Positions 26,205-40,642 of a stretch of DNA of 64,000 nt are shown here, in pieces. The first letter of the stretch is position 1. Every line of letters begins with the position of its first letter. The notes beneath the pieces are model-generated. The model saw only the letters and a list, made by a program, of their open reading frames with translations. It did not search any database and was not told the DNA's origin. The DNA lies in contig NC_068982.1 in assembly GCF_001194135.2 (NCBI RefSeq), positions 97,433,425 to 97,497,424 of the forward strand. Direction: 5' to 3'. This DNA comes from Octopus bimaculoides (taxonomy: Eukaryota). The translations under genes were made by a program, and so were the position numbers.

Positions 26205-26420
26205 TAATCCTTTCTACTACAGGCACAAGGTCTGAAATTTTGGGGGAGGGAGCCAGTCGATTAGATCGACTCCAGTACGCAACTGGTACTTAATTTATCG
26301 ACCCCGAAAGGATGAAGGGCAAAGTCGACCTCGGCGGGATTTGAACTCAGAACGTAGCGGCAAACAAAATACCGCTAAGCATCTCGCCCGGTGTGCTAAC
26401 GATTCTGTTAGCTCGCTGTC
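26205..26420 (-). mobile_element. SINE family A, well-preserved copy
   Basis: On the minus strand: CAGCGAGCTAACAGAATCGTTAGCACACCGGGCGAGATGCTTAGCGG..GTTCTGAGTTCAAATCCCGCCGAGGTCGACTTTGCCCTTCATCCTTTCGGGGTCGATAAATTAAGTACCAG..GGATTATTATT tail. Confidence 0.92.
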
Positions 26421-26627
<207 letters not shown>

Positions 26628-27760
26628 CTCTAATACAAAATTCTCTGTCAGTAAACAGCTTCGCCGTTAATAAGATGTTCCTGGAGACGATGTGATGCAG
26701 TATCAATTCCGTGTTCCGAAACCTATTTCACATTTATTATATTACTAATGCTACCGAAAAATGTATGAATGGCATACTGTTTCATTTCCCCTTTCTCTAC
26801 AAATGTATTGTCTCGTGCCTATGTAATAAATCAATATTGATAAAAAAAATATTTATACCTCTATTCGTGATAAAACTAAACAGTAGCATGTATCTAATGA
26901 TTTCTTCCCATTCTTTTCTTCATGTGAACATGTCATGAACAATTGCTAAAGGTTGTACTGAAAAATACCCCGCCTCTACTCTACGTCTACAACAGAGACT
27001 CTCATTAATGGAACATCAGACTCTCTTTAATCATTAAAAAAGTCGTCATTTGATTTTTACCGTTTTGGTTTTATTTGCATTAATGAATGACAATTAAGGG
27101 CTTTTTCATGTCTCGTTAGGGGCTCCACAACTACATTAGACTTAATTATATCCACTTTTTGTTCCCTGTCAGTAGAAGTAATAAAATTAAGTTATTCAAA
27201 TTCCATGCCATACTTTTGTTAATTATTTAATAAATTTTTAATTGATGCAGCTGCATTCATATTGTTAAGGAACATGCACTGGGTTGATACATTAAATGGA
27301 GCGATCACGAATGTCTATGCACCTATTCACCTTGGCTGGAAATAGCAAAGGCTGAAACATTTCAGTTGCCAAGAGTGAAGGGAAGCTTCAATAACTACAT
27401 GGAGTTCTTCGTCTTATATATTTCTCTCAACGGACAGCAGCAGCAGAGAGCGCATATAATGCGCCTTCTATCAACAGACATTGAATAAATATAATATGCA
27501 GCAGCTATTAGCAGGTAAACAATGCGCAAATGTATAATAAAGAAACCTCTAAGGCAAATCTGAAAATTTCTGATGGAAAGGTCTTCATAACTACAGTAAT
27601 TAGTATTGATTTCTTTTGATAAAGTCCACATTTCCAGGTTTATGGCTGTGTAAAAAATGGGATTGTGTATTAGTGACGTAAGTGAAATAAAATGGTTTCA
27701 ACTGGAAATCGCAAATTGTGTCACAGCTTCATTTCAGCTTGTGCATACCTNNNNNNNNNN

Positions 27761-27965
27761 ACCAGGCACTGGCTCTCATGGCTTCTGATCTTAACTGATT
27801 GGAAATGTTAACATGTACATATTTTGTCTTGGTGTAGAAGATGGTCTACCACAAATATTCTGCTCACTACAACAGATTTGCTTGTCAGTTGTTTGACCTT
27901 AACCAGTTGAACATATCCCTTGGTGGCTGGCAATATGTGCATCACTGATCACGAGCAGAAGTAGT
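27761..27965 (+). mobile_element. Truncated copy of interspersed repeat family D
   Basis: Aligns to 28394-28580 (CTCTCAT.G.TTCTGA.CTTA.CTGATT.GAA..GAAGATGG.CTAC.ACAAATATTCTG..CTGATCACGAGCAG). Begins at a 10-N gap. Confidence 0.8.
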
Positions 27966-27973
27966 AAAACAGT

Positions 27974-28325
27974 ATCATAGATATAGCATGCCCAGCTGAC
28001 AACATGGTATGCGATAAGGAAGAAAGAAAAGTCGAGAGATATGGCAGGTTAGCTTGGAAGGTTAAGCAGTTGTGGTCGATGAAAAAGGTGGTAGTAGTAC
28101 CAATAATTGTCGGAGCCCTGGGAACAGTGAGCAAAAATCTCGAGAAGTACGTGGAACAAATAGGGGCTGCAATAAGAGTGGAGCACTTGCAGAAAACAGC
28201 ACTGCTTGGAACCGCTCGAATACTCCGGAAGGAGTATTCGAAAAATAAGAGGTGTTACCTTAGTTCACTCCTAGTGAACAGCTGACACTGTAGTACATCT
28301 CCAGCGTTAGAAGCTGTGTAAAGGC

Positions 28326-28380
<55 letters not shown>
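27974..28380 (+). mobile_element. 5'-truncated RLE-type non-LTR retrotransposon (R4/Dong-like): endonuclease C-terminus, 3' UTR and (AAT)n tail
   Basis: IIDIACPADNMVCDKEERKVERYGRLAWKVKQLWSMKKVVVVPIIVGALGTVSKNLEKYVEQIG..EHLQKTALLGTARILRK is the characteristic R4/Dong C-terminus (IDxAxP..KE..K..Y..VxVxPIxxGALG..LQKxALLGTARILR). (AAT)n tail at 28326-28380. Confidence 0.88.
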
Positions 28381-28383
<3 letters not shown>

Positions 28384-28915
28384 GTAGATGCGGTACCGGA
28401 GCAGTAACTCTCATAGATTCTGACCTTAGCTGATTAGAACTGTTGACCTACACGTTTTTGGCTTAACATAGAAGATGGACTACAACAAATATTCTGTTTG
28501 ATATTACAGCTTTTCTTGTCAGGAGCATGTCCCTTAGCGGCTGACGATATGTGCCTCTCTGATCACGAGCAGGAGAAGTGGGGGAGCATCATAGCCATGT
28601 GTTGAGAGGTATTCTTTGGGTTTGGATAATTTACTCCTGGAAACATGTGCCCTTAAACAATACTTATTCAGGGATCATTTGCATGGGATGGGTTACTCGA
28701 CCTGAAGAAAATTCTAACAGGTTCCTACCAGCAAGTGCATACGTTGTTTATAATTATATGAGGTCACCATGAAGCGTACACATGGTTGTGATGCATATGG
28801 CTGGTGTACCCTTATCAGACGAGTAGTCATGATAGGTATATTAGTCTTCGTATATTTATACCCCAGTGTCACTTTGATGGCAAACACTGTTTTCTTAACA
28901 ATAATAAGAATATTT
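28381..28915 (+). mobile_element. Interspersed repeat family D, longer copy with AAT tail (probable retroposon 3' region)
   Basis: Homologous to 27761-27965, then continues ..GGTGTACCCTTATCAGACGAGTAGTCATGAT..CCCCAGTGTCACTTTGATGGC..AATAATAAG. No clear ORF. Confidence 0.7.
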
Positions 28916-30610
28916 TCTTAGTAATATATAAATTTGCCCTACCCTAAATAAATAGTGTTTTTATGTTAATTTTAAGCGTTTAAAATTTGGCTGAGGTTCA
29001 ATATTGTCGCCTTCATTTCTTTTATTTGTAAACAAGTAAAGTAGTCTCTACTATGCCTCAATTTATTTCTTTATACAAATATATAAATATATATCATGTT
29101 ATATTATCGTAATATTCAGTGCGACATGACAACGTGCGTTGTTTATTCCTTTGAATCCTCACACGACATATATGATACGACATCAGGAGGTCAATCGGAG
29201 ACTTAATAACTATTTTCCCCAGCACAAAAGCTTGACTTAATTCAGCTGATTGGAACATACCACTCTATTCCTAAACATAAGGAAAAAAACAAAAACGGAA
29301 GCCGTGAAAATCGTGTGACAACATTTTGAAATAAAATAGGGAACTAGAGAGTTGTGCTTCAAAACATAAACAAAAATCATTTTATTCACTTATATCGTTA
29401 GAAATTAGAAATTATGTTAGTCCCATATTCCCAAATCCCCCAAAATATTTTGAAAGAGAAATCCCAAACATCATAGTTGAGATAAAACAATGAAACCGAA
29501 CCAAAATATTCAATTCTAATGTAAACTTTACAAAATAAAATTGGAATCAATACACATGATACTCCACTGCACAATCAATAATCATCTGCACTGTTTACAC
29601 TCAATAACCACACATTTTAATATGATTAACTAATATGGCCTTCCTGACCCTCATTCATTTTTGTCTTATTTTGTATTGTTTTGTGAATAATAACGTCATT
29701 AGTTACAGTTGTCCAGTTTTCTAATCACTGGTTCTTTGCATTTTGGACGAGAATGATGACAGATTTCTCGTGAGACTTTAGTGGGACAAATATCATCATC
29801 AGACTTTCATTCAAATGCACCGGTTTATCGTTTTCCAGCCGTTTTACATATCATTTGCCGAGGTACACACCGAATGATATATATATTACATTTAGATATA
29901 AATATACCGCTTAACCTGTACACAGTCTCCGTCTATGACATTCCACACCCATAAGGCCTTGGTCACACTGAGGTTTATGGTATTCACTGGATTTAACTTA
30001 GATTATTATGGCCTAAAACTCTTGTTGCACATTTGGGGGTTTCATTCTATAAGCAAAAAGCATGTTCCGCATGGACAAAAATTATAAACAACCGATTACT
30101 TATACCTCACTTTGTATCCAATCTGATGATCGAGAACCTGAAAACCGAATAACTACATGTGAGGTGCTAGTTGTCATCCATAAATAACTATCTTCGACCA
30201 TGGCGTTGAGTACTGCTTTGAACTTCTTACCCGTTCCTATACACATACGCACCAACACACATACACACACAAACACACACACAGTGAGAGAGATAAGGAT
30301 ATGCAGAAAACTACAATTTAATGGCTATACCAGAGTAGTGAAAAATAGCTTTTTACTTTCCTGTTATGAGGAGCAAATAAGACGCGGTTATAATTTAATC
30401 CTATGTGTCAGTCAGTTTGTATAATTTGGGTGTAAGTTAATCATCAACGTAATTCCATGGTAGAATGTCTAAAATATAAATAAGTTGTTTATATAACACA
30501 ACTGTTACCGTCCTAGAAATAGATTTTTAAATAAAAGAAATAAAGTAATTTTATCGTATCTTAAATATATATACATACACATATGTATGTGTGCGTGTAT
30601 TTGTGAGGTG

Positions 30611-30649
<39 letters not shown>

Positions 30650-32400
30650 ACTCACAAACACACATATATGTGTGTGCAAAACCAGATCAATAATGGAATA
30701 TTATCCAGTTTGACGATATAGATATTACATCTTCGACTTCACTTCATTCCCAGAATAAATATCCTCTTTGGATACTAATCACCTTTTACTAAGCATTTAA
30801 AACAGATCAAGTGGAGCTTATACCGGAAGTGACATATAAATCTACAACAATAAAACAATAAAACCAGATAAAACAGCATTTTATGATTGTACAAATGCAT
30901 ATAAACATACATACAAGCATACCTTCACGCAGACATATTTCTATGTATTTCCACGTACAAGTAAATATATATATTTAAACCTGTAAGTTTATTGATACAT
31001 GAATTCGGATCGCAACCAAATTCTAAACCGTTTAAGAAGCTGGCATGGAGTTTTGAAATTAGACCATATGAATTCATCTGTGACAGGCGACGAAATTGTA
31101 ATTCATGCCGAGACACAGGATTTAATAAGTGAGGTTTATATATATCATAAACAGAAATTTTAAAATACATATAAATTACATATAACATTAAAAATATACT
31201 TTACGGTTAATATTAGTTAATGCCTAAATATATTTAAAACGGTTAGCGTAAAATAGAGCAGAGCGTGAAGAAGAAATCTGAAGAATATAAAGACAAAGAA
31301 TAGGAAAACAAGCTGGAAAGATAGAAAATAATAGTTTCCTCATGAAAATGGCTCACTATTATTTTGTTTCGGATTTTAGTTATACAACATTCTTTTTGTC
31401 TTAGAGCATCAGTTTTACACTATTTTCAAATCTAAAGCTAAGCTATGTTATTATCAAGAATAGCTTAGCCTCAGACTAAAGTATTTTGAAACTAGGGCAA
31501 ATACTCAATGTGCTTATTGTGAATCAATGCAAACTGGATCAGAGATATAACGTGAAAGGATTACTCTTCTAAATCCAGATTCTATCAATTTGAATATACA
31601 TGTTCCATATTTCCCTAAGTAGTACTAATCACAATGACGAACGTAGTGACGACGGTGGTGGTGGTGGTGGTGGGTGGAAGTCAACCTATATATATGAAGA
31701 AAATCAAATTTATCTTAGGCAATTTTTTTCTAATCCTTATTTGCATCCCTTATCCTACGTTTAAATGGTGTGCATGAATGCAAGAATGTTAAAGGGAAAA
31801 AAATCGATGGGAATTGACGAATAATTTCTTAAATAAATATAGAACAATATAGATCTTTGATAATACTGCATTTTGTTGACCTGATTTGTAAAAGAGGACA
31901 ATAGGAGTAGTTTGAAGGAAATTTAATGTCAGCCACCGTTTCTACAATGTTTATACAAAAATAGTCGTGGTAGGATTCTACACTTCAATCCACTAGATTA
32001 CGAAAAACTGATGTTACATCACACCATTCAAAACTTAAAGCCTTTTAGGTGGGAAAATGGCATAGATTATATTACTAAAAGGAAAAGGTGATGCAATGAA
32101 TGACGTAGGTAGAAATTCTTCCGTGAAAATTTATTCCTAGAATGAGAAAGAAAAGAAAAACCTAGCGATAGTTGTTAGCGACTCCGAAAGAAAAGGGGAC
32201 ATAATTTAAAAAAATTTAGGAATGAATTTTGTTCATTACGTTATACGCTTAGAAGACATTAGGACACTTACGAATATGCTTTAGTTTTATTAATTCTCAC
32301 CCCACTTCAGCAAAATACTCAAACGTAAGTAGACTTTATCGACGGGCAAAGGCATTTTTCTTTGTTTTACACTCGGAAATGATTTTGTTTGTGTTTTTGC

Positions 32401-32560
32401 CAGTCGTAGGCATAGCTATACGATTAAGTTTGCTTTGCAACAATATGGTTTCGGGTTCTGTTCTACTGCGCGGCACTTTGGGCAAGTATCTTCCATTATA
32501 GCCACGGCTGACTAATCCTCTGAGTGAATTTGGTTAACGAAAACTGTATGGAAACCCATC

Positions 32561-32604
<44 letters not shown>

Positions 32605-32667
32605 ACATATATATATCTACATACATATATATATATTTGTGTGTGCGTGCGTATGTTTGTGTGTGTG

Positions 32668-32698
<31 letters not shown>

Positions 32699-32845
32699 GT
32701 ATGTATGTATGTAGATGAGAGTGCGTCTTTGTGTCTGTGTTTGTCCTCCTCCACTGCTTTACAACCGGTGCTGTTTTCTTTACGTCCCCGTAACCTAGTG
32801 GTTCGGTTAAAGAGGCCGATATAAGTACCAACCTGAAAAATCGAC
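32401..32845 (+). mobile_element. SINE family B with internal TA/TG microsatellite
   Basis: Head GGTTTCGGGTTCTGTTCTACTGCGCGGCACTTTGGGCAAG, internal microsatellite, and 3' TTTACGTCCCCGTAACCTAGTGGTTCGG. Confidence 0.85.
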
Positions 32846-32864
32846 TACTTCGAGTACAAAAAAA

Positions 32865-33699
32865 TGTACTTGTAAGCGGCCAGACTGCACTCTTGACGTT
32901 GCAAATTTTTCTCAAGCAGAAAGTCTACATCAAATTCGGACAGATATCGTGACACTCACAAAGGGTGTAGGATTTGCAAAAGTGTCCCAGAGAGGAGCTG
33001 ATGCTGTTAAAAAAAAAAGACCAGGCTGGAAATACAAATGAGATAACAGAAATTACACCTTCACCACTAAAATTGACTAAAAGCATTATTGCTAAAGGGT
33101 TGGCACTTACAGAGGAAGGTCTGGAAGTTTTTGCTGATAATGACCCTAATCGTGAAAGTAACATAAAAACTATGAGAGAAATTTACAATGAGTTCAGTTC
33201 ATTTGCTGAGCTGTACAAAGAAATGATGTGTCATAAACAACAAACAACTTTGGATAAGATTTTCACCCCTCAAGCTGATGTTTGTAATAATGGACGGTAA
33301 GATAGTAAATATTGTCCCTTATCTTCCTAGTAACGCTCATTCCACCACCATCCCTCACATAATTGCCAACATCTTTTGTGGTAAGAACATACTCTTACGA
33401 CATTACAATTCTTATTAATTCCTTAACTTATTCCTCTTGAAATGCTTCGGTATTTTTATTTATCTGTACTGTACTGTGTATGTTTAGAAATAGTTATATT
33501 CGTGTATAAAGGTGATTGCGTTTCTTGTTCTTTGTTGTTTTCTTGTGCTTTTTACTCTTTATTTTCGAAAAAGACCGGAGAAATGCAATCTCACTCGATA
33601 GTATGAAAATCAATAGGAAAATTAATTTCGCATTACGGAATTTTGCGTTACGGCCAGATATTTAGGAGCGCATTACTTCCATAAAGCAAGGGATTCCTG
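32865..33699 (+). mobile_element. Tigger/pogo DNA transposon, 3' portion
   Basis: IRTDIVTLTKGVGF..EELMLL..KGLALTEEGLEVFADNDPNRE..YKEMMCHKQQTTLDKIF resembles the Tigger transposase C-terminus. Terminus ..TAAAGCAAGGGATTCCTG followed by TA at 33700-33701. Confidence 0.75.
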
Positions 33700-34167
33700 T
33701 ACTTAACAAGCTATGAAAAATCTCAAATAATCGAAATTTCTCTCTTAGTAGGGAAAGCATTAATTGCTAGCAGCTCTTCAAGAAATTTACTCACGCAAGC
33801 AGGCCATTTGTTTTTGGTATTTTCCGTTGGTTTGTTCTGATGAAATTGGTTGCGCCCATGGTTTTCAAAGGCCAGTCCTCCGAGACCGTTGCTCTCTCTC
33901 TCTCTCTCTCTCTTCGTCTCTCTCTCTCTCTCTCTCTCTCTCTTCCTATATATATGTGTATACATGTATACGCACTTACACACACACACNNNNNNNNNNN
34001 NNNNNNNNNNNNNNNNNNNNNNNNNNNNNNNNNNNNNNNNNNNNNNNNNNNNNNNNNNNNNNNNNNNNNNNNNNNNNNNNNNNNNNNNNNNNNNNNNNNN
34101 NNNNNNNNNNNNNNNNNNNNNNNNNNNNNNNNATATATATATATATTCACAAACATTGAGAAGAAGA

Positions 34168-34489
34168 GGAGTACTCCAACGGTTACGACAACGAGGGTCC
34201 AAGATGATACGATCAACGGAACAGCTTGCTCGTGAAATTAACGTGCAAGTGGCTGAGTACTCCACAGACACGTGTACCCTTAACGTAGTTCTCGGGGAGA
34301 GTCAGCGTGACACAGAGTGTGACAAGGCTAGCTCTTTGAAATGCAGGTACTGCTCATTTTTGCCAGCTGAGCGGACTGGCGAAGCGTGAAATAAAGTGTC
34401 TTGCTCAATGATACAACGCGTTGCCGGGAATTGAACTCACGACCTTACTTATTGTGAGCGGAATGCCCAAACCACTAAGCCACGTGCCT
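34168..34489 (-). mobile_element. tRNA-derived SINE family C
   Basis: Reverse complement of 11071-11389 over its full length. Confidence 0.9.
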
Positions 34490-34859
34490 TGCACACACAT
34501 AAACACACATTGATGCACACACATACACATACACACTCCACTCCACTCCACTCCATTCCACTTCACATGGGAAGCATTTAATAAATAACAGGATTCTTCT
34601 AATGTAGTAAATAAAAAATGGGGAAAATTGAGACTGTAGATTATACATCGATTTTCTACATGTTACAAATTGATTTTTTCTGTGTAACATGAACACCCAC
34701 TCCGCTAAGTGTTTTAATTTTCTAATCAGATGAAACATTTTTGGGTGTATAAACATATATATATATATATATATACATACAGAAACATGCATATACATAC
34801 ATACATACATACATACATACATACATACGTACATAAACATTTAAACACACAAGACACAC

Positions 34860-34990
34860 GCGTAGCTGTGTGGTAAGAAGCTTCCGGGTTGTCCCGCTGC
34901 GTGCCACTTGGGGCAGGTGTCGTGTACTGTAGCCTCCGGCAGAACAAAGCTTGTGAGTGGATTTGGTAGACGGAAACTGAAAGAAGCCAG
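34860..34990 (+). mobile_element. SINE family B 5' half
   Basis: GTAGCTGTGTGGTAAGAAGCTT..GTGAGTGGATTTGGTAGACGGAAACTGAAAGAAGCC. Confidence 0.85.
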
Positions 34991-34997
34991 GTGTCAC

Positions 34998-35031
<34 letters not shown>

Positions 35032-35264
35032 ATATGTATATACATACATACATACATACAGACAGACACACACACACACACACACACACGCACATTCATA
35101 CACGCATATATGTAAATGCATACGAATATACACACACCAAAATGTTTTACTGAATAAAGAATATATTCTGCAAAATATTCGACAGTAACTTCGAATCTTT
35201 GTCGAGCATGTCTTTTCAAAATATAGTAAAAATAGTAGAAGATTGTCGTATATATATATATATA

Positions 35265-35319
<55 letters not shown>

Positions 35320-35321
<2 letters not shown>

Positions 35322-35620
35322 GGGTAGGGATATTAAAAGTTGAAGGTGTTTGTGTAATGTGTGTATTAAATTACAGGTAAAAAAAATAATGAAGAATCAT
35401 AACGAGCCGATCGGAGTGAAGTGCCGTTATATGTGGCTTATGGGAGAAGATATCACATACGGTCATATACGTTTTGAATTTGGGTGTGTATATGGAGTAT
35501 GTTTAATGCATATGCGTTAGTCTAAAATTTTGTGAAACTATAAAATACATCTATAATTAAAAATGGGTTTAGGTATGAAAATATATTATTATTAAGTTAC
35601 GGTCGTGCTGTTTTAAAAGG
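35320..35620 (+). mobile_element. Possible decayed mariner 5' end (HTH region)
   Basis: TA|CCGGGTAGGGATATTAAAAGT start; GVKCRYMWLMGED..EFGCVYG loosely resembles mariner AVIRFLWLKG..ELxxVYG. No partner TIR found. Confidence 0.3.
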
Positions 35621-36389
35621 ATATCTAATGATATGTATATATTTTTAATTAAGATTTTAATTTTCATTAATTATAAAAGTTGTAAAAATGAAAGATATTA
35701 CTAAAATGAAAATTTAACAGTTATAAAAAAGGTATGTAGAAAATTTGTATTTTAATTAATATTCTGATTTTAATTAATTAACTGCCAATCGTTATAGTAA
35801 TTCATATAAGTATCTATATGATTAATCAACTTGTTTCTTAGGAAAATTAATGAATTCTCATATGATTCAGCAATTCTAAATGATCGATAGGTAATAACTA
35901 GACCAAAGGAAACAACGTATTTTTCGAAGCGAGATATATCTTTAAGGGTTCCATACATAAACGACATTATAGCGGTATTGTTTAGATAGTGGGTGATGCA
36001 ATTAATATATTCCAAGTCACCAAAATACCTGGTTTCTATCAAAATAGGTTATCTTTGATGTCTACTACATTGTACACTAATATATACATGCATGAACTCA
36101 CGCGTGTGGGAGATTAAAAGAATATTCGTAGAAATAAAATCGATAATTGATAATATATAAATTTTCTCACTTTTAATTTCCTACATACCCACAAAAATAG
36201 GCATCTTCTAATGTTGTTGGTAAAAAAAAATACAATAATTACCCAGTATCTAGTTTGGGAATAAAAATTCGATATGTGACAGAATTCAACGTAGAATATT
36301 ACAAATCTGAATTTATATAATCGTTCAAAGTTTTCCCTGAATTGTTTATTAGAATGTGTGGACGTAAGTCAATCAAGTTGGATAGGTTG

Positions 36390-37600
36390 TACAGTAGAAA
36401 ATGTATTATGGAAAATGTGCATATTTTTTTTTTCATGTTTCACAAAGTCATTTGGATAATGCATGTAGGAAATATTCGTGTCAGTGCAAACAAATAATGA
36501 TGACCAGTAAAAAAGAATCAGAGAATGTGGATATATTTAAGCTCGTAAAAATTAAGCTGCATAGACAGTGTCGGAGGGAGTTTCAAATTTACCTATACGA
36601 CTTAGCATCACACAAATTAGAGATACGTTTGTAGTAGATGGAACTGTTAAGAGTGTTCACATGAAACGTTCCAGAAGACAAAGAATGGTTATAAAAGTTT
36701 ATTGCCAGAGTTCAAGAAAGTTTGTGCAGCAAACGAGTCATGAGATAGGAATTTCAAAATTAAGCGCTTGTCGCATTTTGAAGCGCTGTCCCTGAAACGG
36801 TTATATTCCAAGAATTGTCTATGCCACCCGTGAAGATGATCCGGACTGGAGAGTAAGTAGTTTTAAGTGTGGTACTTAGCTAAATGTGTAGAAGATGTAC
36901 ACTTTCCAACAAAGCTTGATTGGAGTGATGAGGCTACATTTAAATGAAATGGTTTAATTAAATGCCTCAATTGCACCTACTGGAGACCTGAGAATCCGCA
37001 TATTACAGAGTAAAAGCATATTAATTTACTATGGCGCGACTTATCGTCGAAAGGATAAATTGGATCATTCACTTTTGAAGGTATTTGTTGCGACAGTCTG
37101 TCATGCCAAGCATTCAAAATTACTTTGAAGATGTAGAGTATTATTTCCAGTAAGATTGGGTATCCCATCCCCACACTACCTTAGCAATGTAGGGCCTACC
37201 TTGATGAGATTTTGCCAAATTGATAGATCGGTAGAAAAGGTTCATAGAGTTCCCCCTACGTTTATCGTACTTCACAACAGTAAATATTTTTATGAGGATA
37301 CTTAAAAGATAGACTCTATCGTACAAAATCAACAAAAGTTGGCGAATTGAGGTTATCCTTTGAACGAGAACGGGCACAAATACCGAACGAAACGTTTCTT
37401 GATGTTTGCGACTCTATTACTAGGCGTTATCAGTAGTACCTGGACCGGAACGCTCATCAATCTGAAAACAGGCATTCATAAATGAAAGTCAAATTCTCTC
37501 TGTAGACTCTACTAAATTTTGAAAATGAAATGTATTTTAATAAACACTGACTTCTAAATCATTCAAATCATTCAATGTATGTATACACTTTGGGGGAAAA
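36390..37600 (+). mobile_element. Decayed Tc1/mariner element with near full-length transposase pseudogene
   Basis: Across frameshifts: RQCRREFQ, QIRDTFVVDGTVKSVHMKRS, EDDPDWR, WSDEATFK*NG..NCTYWRPENPH, YFQ*DG..H, RAYLDEILPN**IGRKG, YLKDRLYRTK. 3' end TGTATACACTTTGGGGG. Boundaries approximate. Confidence 0.8.
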
Positions 37601-37756
37601 TTTATATATATATTAAAAACAGTCTCATTTACTCGATTAGACAGAACTGCCTCACTTGATTTTCAAACAATACCTGGGGCTTACTAACGCATACAGAGAT
37701 AAATACACAACGAACGCATCTCCAGCTAACGCATTTATATACCTATATATGTATGT

Positions 37757-37823
<67 letters not shown>

Positions 37824-38412
37824 GACATATAAACGCACGAATGAATATTTAAGTATTTATGTGTGTGTGCGTGCGTGAACAAGTCACCCATTTCTCAGCA
37901 ACATACGCTTCATATTATATGCCTGAAAATAATGTTAGTCTTTATAGGTCGAAAGGTGAAATCTTTTTAAGTGAAGGATGTTAAGTGCTAAGAGGTATAA
38001 ATAAAAAAAATGACCCAAGGAAAAACTTTCTTTTTCACTTGCATTAACGTTGTAGGAGAGACCTATTGACCAAGTGAAGCTTTGTTTACTATTTAGTATT
38101 TTTATAATCTATCTTCGTTTTAAATTGAATTGCTATGACAGGTTTGCTTGTAAAAGTGAGTGAAAAATGGAAAACGAGTTAAGGGATAGATGTAAGTACT
38201 GATTTCGTCGCACGTATATGATGGTGAAAAGAGAAAAAGAGAACCACAAGCAATCAAATACAGTCAAAGAAAGAAAGGAAGTATGAGAGAGTTTGGATAA
38301 GGTGAGATAAGGTGAGATTTTGTATAGAGACAGGAACAGAAGGAGCAAGCTATAAGATGCTTTGAAAGAAAGGCGACAAGTAGATGTACCAGCGATTATT
38401 GAGAGCGCGCGC

Positions 38413-38456
<44 letters not shown>

Positions 38457-38580
38457 GAACATGAAGTAAAGATCAACAGAAACAGGGGAACAAGTTGTGG
38501 TAAATAAAAGGGAAACAGTATAAAAGGAAAGAATAAAATGAATAAAAAGAGCAAATAGAAAAAGAATTTGTGTATATAGG

Positions 38581-38670
38581 CACAGGCATAGTTGTGTGGT
38601 TAAGAAATTCGCTTTGCAACCACATGGTTTCAGGTTCAGTTCCACTAATTTGCTGGGCAGTTTTTCCTAC
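38581..38670 (+). mobile_element. SINE family B head fragment
   Basis: GGCATAGTTGTGTGGTTAAGAAATTCGCTTTGCAACCACATGGTTTCAGGTTCAGTTCCACT. A more degenerate head lies at ~58685-58780. Confidence 0.75.
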
Positions 38671-40007
38671 TTAATGTAGTATGCATATATTATCTAACAT
38701 TTTTAAAAGCATATTATTGAATATGCCCTTTCATAAATTAAGGGTGAGGAAAAGTTGTTTACTATTTCTAGCAAGTCGAATGACTACACAAACATTTTCC
38801 TGTGTGGGTTCAGAAGTGAATATGATTGTTATTGTATAGCCCTAGATTGAAACTTAGAATACACACATTGCCATAGCTAAATGTATCAAATTTATCTCCT
38901 GGAAATTATCTTTTAAGAAACAATGCACCGAGAAAGAGCTTCAATATACAATATATATATTACAGATCTTATATATACTTGGACAAATTGAGAAAGAAAA
39001 AGAATAGGTAATTTATAGGTAGTTTTTTTTTTTGTGATGGATATTTTTGGTGAAACGAATCGGTCATTCAGAGCAAACCGACCTGCACCTGTGTTAGATA
39101 CAATAATTCTTAGACACGTTCAAAATTAAGAATACTTTGTATCAATTTTTCTTTCAAACTGAAAATCTAAATTGCCTTTATGATTGTTCACTATTAAGAA
39201 AAACGTATTCTTTATTTCAGCGGGTATCATTAAAACTGGTACTGGGGTCATGAACTTTAAATTTATATTTAGCACAAATTATTAAGTACCACGTATAACT
39301 GTTTCATTTTCCATCAAAATAATTCTGCTTTTTATATTTTTGCTGGAACTTGTCAAGCACGTACTACTATAAACTGTATGATCAGCTAGAGACTCAGCAA
39401 ATAATTAAACATGAAACTCTTCACTCATTTAATTTACTAAACATTTCCAAAAGATGAAACGAAAAAAAAAAGATGATTGAAATTAATAAATAGTAAATAA
39501 CTTGAATCGAGTTACCTGATTTCTTTCTCTTTGTTCTCAATATTTGTTTTTTATTGAAACATTTATAATAAAGACGAAAGCAAATAAATTATTGAAAGAA
39601 CATTGTAACATTTGCAAGAAATATATTAAACAATTAAAATATGAATGTAATAAGTGGAATATTATTGAAATATGAAAGGGAAACCAAAACATTAGGGAAA
39701 TAAATAATGAAATATGTTTAAGGAAACAGGGAAAAATCATTAAAATAGCATTGAAAGACTCTACGATATGCAAATCGTTTCTATCCCCCAGATATCAGGG
39801 GATGCTCTCCATTGCTGACGACATACCCAAGTATAGAAACGATTTGCATATTGTGGAGTGATAAACTGTATAAATAAATACGAAAGCATTGTATAGAACG
39901 ATGCATATATATTTACATATGCATACAAAAGTGCATACGTACAAGCATGTATGTGCATGTGTGTGCATGTACGTGTGTATAAGTATGTGTATGTATATGT
40001 GTGTGTG

Positions 40008-40038
<31 letters not shown>

Positions 40039-40369
40039 CTTTATATATGTATGTATGTATATGTGTGTGTGTGCGCTTGTGTCTCTGTGTTGCGTGTGTT
40101 CTATGTGTAAGTATTAAGTTGTACCCAGATATGTATTTACATTAGGTTTTCAGAGTCAATTAAGAAATGAGAATAGAGCAGCACCGCGAGCAAAAGCAAA
40201 CTATTTAGCCTTCGTTTAGTAAACTGAAACTATTTACACAACCAATGTCCATCTCAAATAGTTTGCGGTGTTCATTGTTGCACGAACGTCATGTTGATTT
40301 TGAAGAATGTGGAAGGCTTCCTGCTAGCTTCGGGCATGCGTGATAAGGCTGGCCGTTGATTCATTGGAG

Positions 40370-40642
40370 CAGTGGTTCTCAACCACGGTCCATATGACCC
40401 TCGGGGGGTCCATATAAGACTTTGCTGTTAAAATTTATGTGCAATAAATTGGTTATACTTCTACAATACACAAAATATTTTGCTAATTTTTTAAAATACA
40501 ATTAGTGTTTGATTACTATTTGATTAATATTTAATTACAAAAATACGACAGGATTTTTTAAATATCGAATGACTCTGAAGATCCACCTGAGTGAAATAAG
40601 AATCGAGGGTGTCCATAGGCCGAAAATGGTTGAGAACCAATG
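40370..40642. mobile_element. hAT (Charlie-like) MITE
   Basis: TIRs CAGTGGTTCTCAACC / GGTTGAGAACCAATG (14/15 match). Putative 8-bp TSD is degraded (CATTGGAG vs CGATTGAG). Confidence 0.8.
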
